A DNA stretch of 64,000 nucleotides from Escherichia phage EdH4: sequence record MK327930.1; one strand, 5' to 3'. Of this stretch, positions 63,301 through 64,000 are shown piece after piece; position 1 is the stretch's first letter, and each line of letters begins with the position of its first letter. The position numbers and the translations under genes were made by a program. Under the pieces are notes generated by a model. The model was not told the origin of the DNA and made no database searches. It saw only the letters and a program-made list of their open reading frames with translations.

Positions 63301-63957
63301 GGACTCCCAGTTAATGGTTTCGTCAGGACATTTAAGGTACGTTCTTAAATAGTCTAGGATCACCAAGGCCGCGTTATTGGTATACACCTCTTTACTGATA
63401 CGAGGATCATAGCATTTTTTACCAACCTTGACAAGTGTAACGTTTGGCAACCCAAAAGGAAACTTGTTAGGGTCAAACCTGAAGCTGGCACGTAGCCAAC
63501 TGATCCCTCTACCTATCATGTCGGGTGACCATGATGGGCAGTGTGCACCCATGAAAGGATCAGATGTTTTTCTGTCGTTATGTAGCTCCCACGATACCAG
63601 ATCTCCATACGAGGAAATAGGATTACCGTCGATAAGTATATCTTCTATACCTTCCAGAGGGTGATTGGCAAGAACAATAGCACAATGGAGGGTTCTGTCG
63701 CTATCCTGCTCCAAAAACGCAAGCAATCCGGATGTGCGTGTCTTCCCATACACTACAGAGCAGGGTGCAGCAGAAGATCTGAGAAGCTTTTGTCTATCTT
63801 GCTGACTTCTGTAAGATTTGTTGCCCTCAAAAATCTTATCCAGAGTTCTGGTGGTAACAGTGTTCAGGCTGTCAGCCAGAGCTGCCTTGGATGCGTTCCA
63901 GTCATAACTTGAAGATCTTGCAGAAGCAACGATGTTATCAATCATTGCAATTGGCAT
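60358..63957 (-). CDS. Central tail fibre / host-specificity protein, lambda gpJ-like
   Basis: 1199 aa; VEVKQGYFAITLIPH, IYYWYIRTTNAFGSSAFVE, NKYVAGIQLGMEGS and C-terminal fibre repeats align to recalled lambda J blocks. Confidence 0.85.
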   Translation of the reverse strand: MPIAMIDNIVASARSSSYDWNASKAALADSLNTVTTRTLDKIFEGNKSYRSQQDRQKLLRSSAAPCSVVYGKTRTSGLLAFLEQDSDRTLHCAIVLANHPLEGIEDILIDGNPISSYGDLVSWELHNDRKTSDPFMGAHCPSWSPDMIGRGISWLRASFRFDPNKFPFGLPNVTLVKVGKKCYDPRISKEVYTNNAALVILDYLRTYLKCPDETINWESFKEAANICDEAVKNADGTSERRYTINGEFDMDEAPASIMAEMLKACGADLSYVAGKYGLLVGAYYGPATMTLSEDCVCGEVKIYPEASFDKRSNTITGRFTSPTKGYSETDFPSVFVPEWIEKDGERKIIDIDYRFVTSPYQAQRVSAIFLRRARAGRIIEVTCNMRGFKFKPGRYVTMDLPSIGIVGQEMRVLEWEFTKKGGVKVKLRQDAKEWNDATGQLPDSGDVDIPISPSGVAQPQNFRYSVLQAGEVTHGVLAWDNVGTYAQNIVQVRKNGEIVWTAQTVEQFVRVEGLTKGSYTATVVATSYKGGVSPEAYCEFNIQAPEAPVSVEVKQGYFAITLIPHSRDLASVSTQYDFWTSGMTRLPDTSDATVTSKATRMGVGSTWTSEGLQNDKIYYWYIRTTNAFGSSAFVECAARCYTSIEDLMPQIDAEFKKTETYKELTANLDNAVKEMDKNVGAVNDRVTSIFEELGDTIEGVVRETTEKFTGVNGEISALNSKLVAAQQSFDDKLAAESGRLGSLIETTNRSTVDLVNRKTQALSEQITATQGTLREELKNTESKLNSSIQETNKATTDLLNKTTEAIKQDLVAATGKITKLEDDVQKEVANLQASIQETNSTTVDLVNNTAAAIRQELTSAKQEIVDEMGNIDELRATVSNTSKAVTTLEGKIDAQWGAKIQVDSAGNKYVAGIQLGMEGSGGQVQSYFMVSANNFAVYNPGNGTATLAFAIKNNQAFLKDAFIENGTISSAKIAQEISSNNYDGNGYHKYGWYINKNGHAQFMDVWVKGNINASSGNFTGAVNATSGTFRGDVYANNGSFRGTIDATGGTFRGRVEASVIRANQFEGAIVAHRTYGDCAPVYNSQQRVCRWRWRYVDNVSGQGKNVTFFFKLNGTLASSQLNAWIAGHQILAGKKYFNDNNGMCAVGITGLGEQTIDIVIEIYTPWSTSSVTGVTISCPTVIVSRSNSSFQGPWNESHD
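61320..62010 (-). repeat. Internal tandem repeats encoding a coiled-coil stalk inside the J-like gene
   Basis: Repeated peptide IQETN(K/S)(A/T)TTDL(L/V)N(K/N)T(T/A)(E/A)AI(K/R)Q(D/E)L and repeated nucleotide blocks (ttggtttcttgaatag...). Confidence 0.55.
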
Positions 63958-64000
63958 TAATACCTCCAGACATCAACAACTATAGAATCTTTCATGTCGA
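63957..64000 (-). CDS. 3' end of the upstream tail gene (partial, truncated by the window edge)
   Basis: Open frame ending ...DMKDSIVVDVWRY with TAATG overlap onto the J start. Confidence 0.4.
   Translation of the reverse strand, partial: DMKDSIVVDVWRY

Noticed and set aside
1-64000. Integrated prophage or other mobile element boundaries
   Set aside because: No integrase, transposase, att-like flanking repeats or host housekeeping genes seen; the window is phage-like throughout.

Overview
This 64-kb window reads as a contiguous piece of a large virulent tailed dsDNA phage genome. No integrase, tRNA, rRNA or CRISPR array was detected by eye. Sigma70-type promoters (TTGACA-N16-18-TAWACT), AGGAG ribosome-binding sites and an E. 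coli SSB-like DDDIPF tail suggest a gammaproteobacterial host. Layout: (1) 1-1460, repeat-rich non-coding region closed by a terminator; (2) 1.5-11.2 kb, about 30 small early genes on the minus strand, many with their own promoter followed by a GC-rich 5' hairpin; (3) 11.3-12.2 kb, non-coding region with two plus-strand promoters, GC-rich repeated elements and iteron-like direct repeats (candidate origin); (4) 12.2-20.2 kb, accessory and DNA-binding genes including a TARG1-like macrodomain, an SSB-like protein and tandem small paralogues; (5) 20.2-37.1 kb, replication module: family A DNA polymerase, primase-helicase, two DNA methyltransferases, Dda-like helicase, rIIB, rIIA, SleB-like hydrolase, MoxR-like AAA ATPase; (6) 38.1-45.1 kb, plus-strand cluster: metallopeptidase-VWA protein, four tandem 87-aa paralogues, HAD phosphatase, zinc-ribbon proteins; (7) 45.2-64.0 kb, minus-strand tail-tip module: lambda gpJ-like central fibre, baseplate-J-like protein, two paralogous receptor-binding proteins with a Tfa chaperone, a 581-aa fibre and a 1878-aa fibre. 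Coordinates of promoters, terminators and repeats were placed by hand and may be off by 1-2 nt; several CDS starts in the ORF track are over-extended and were trimmed where the sequence supports it. All homology statements are by-eye motif recall, not database searches.
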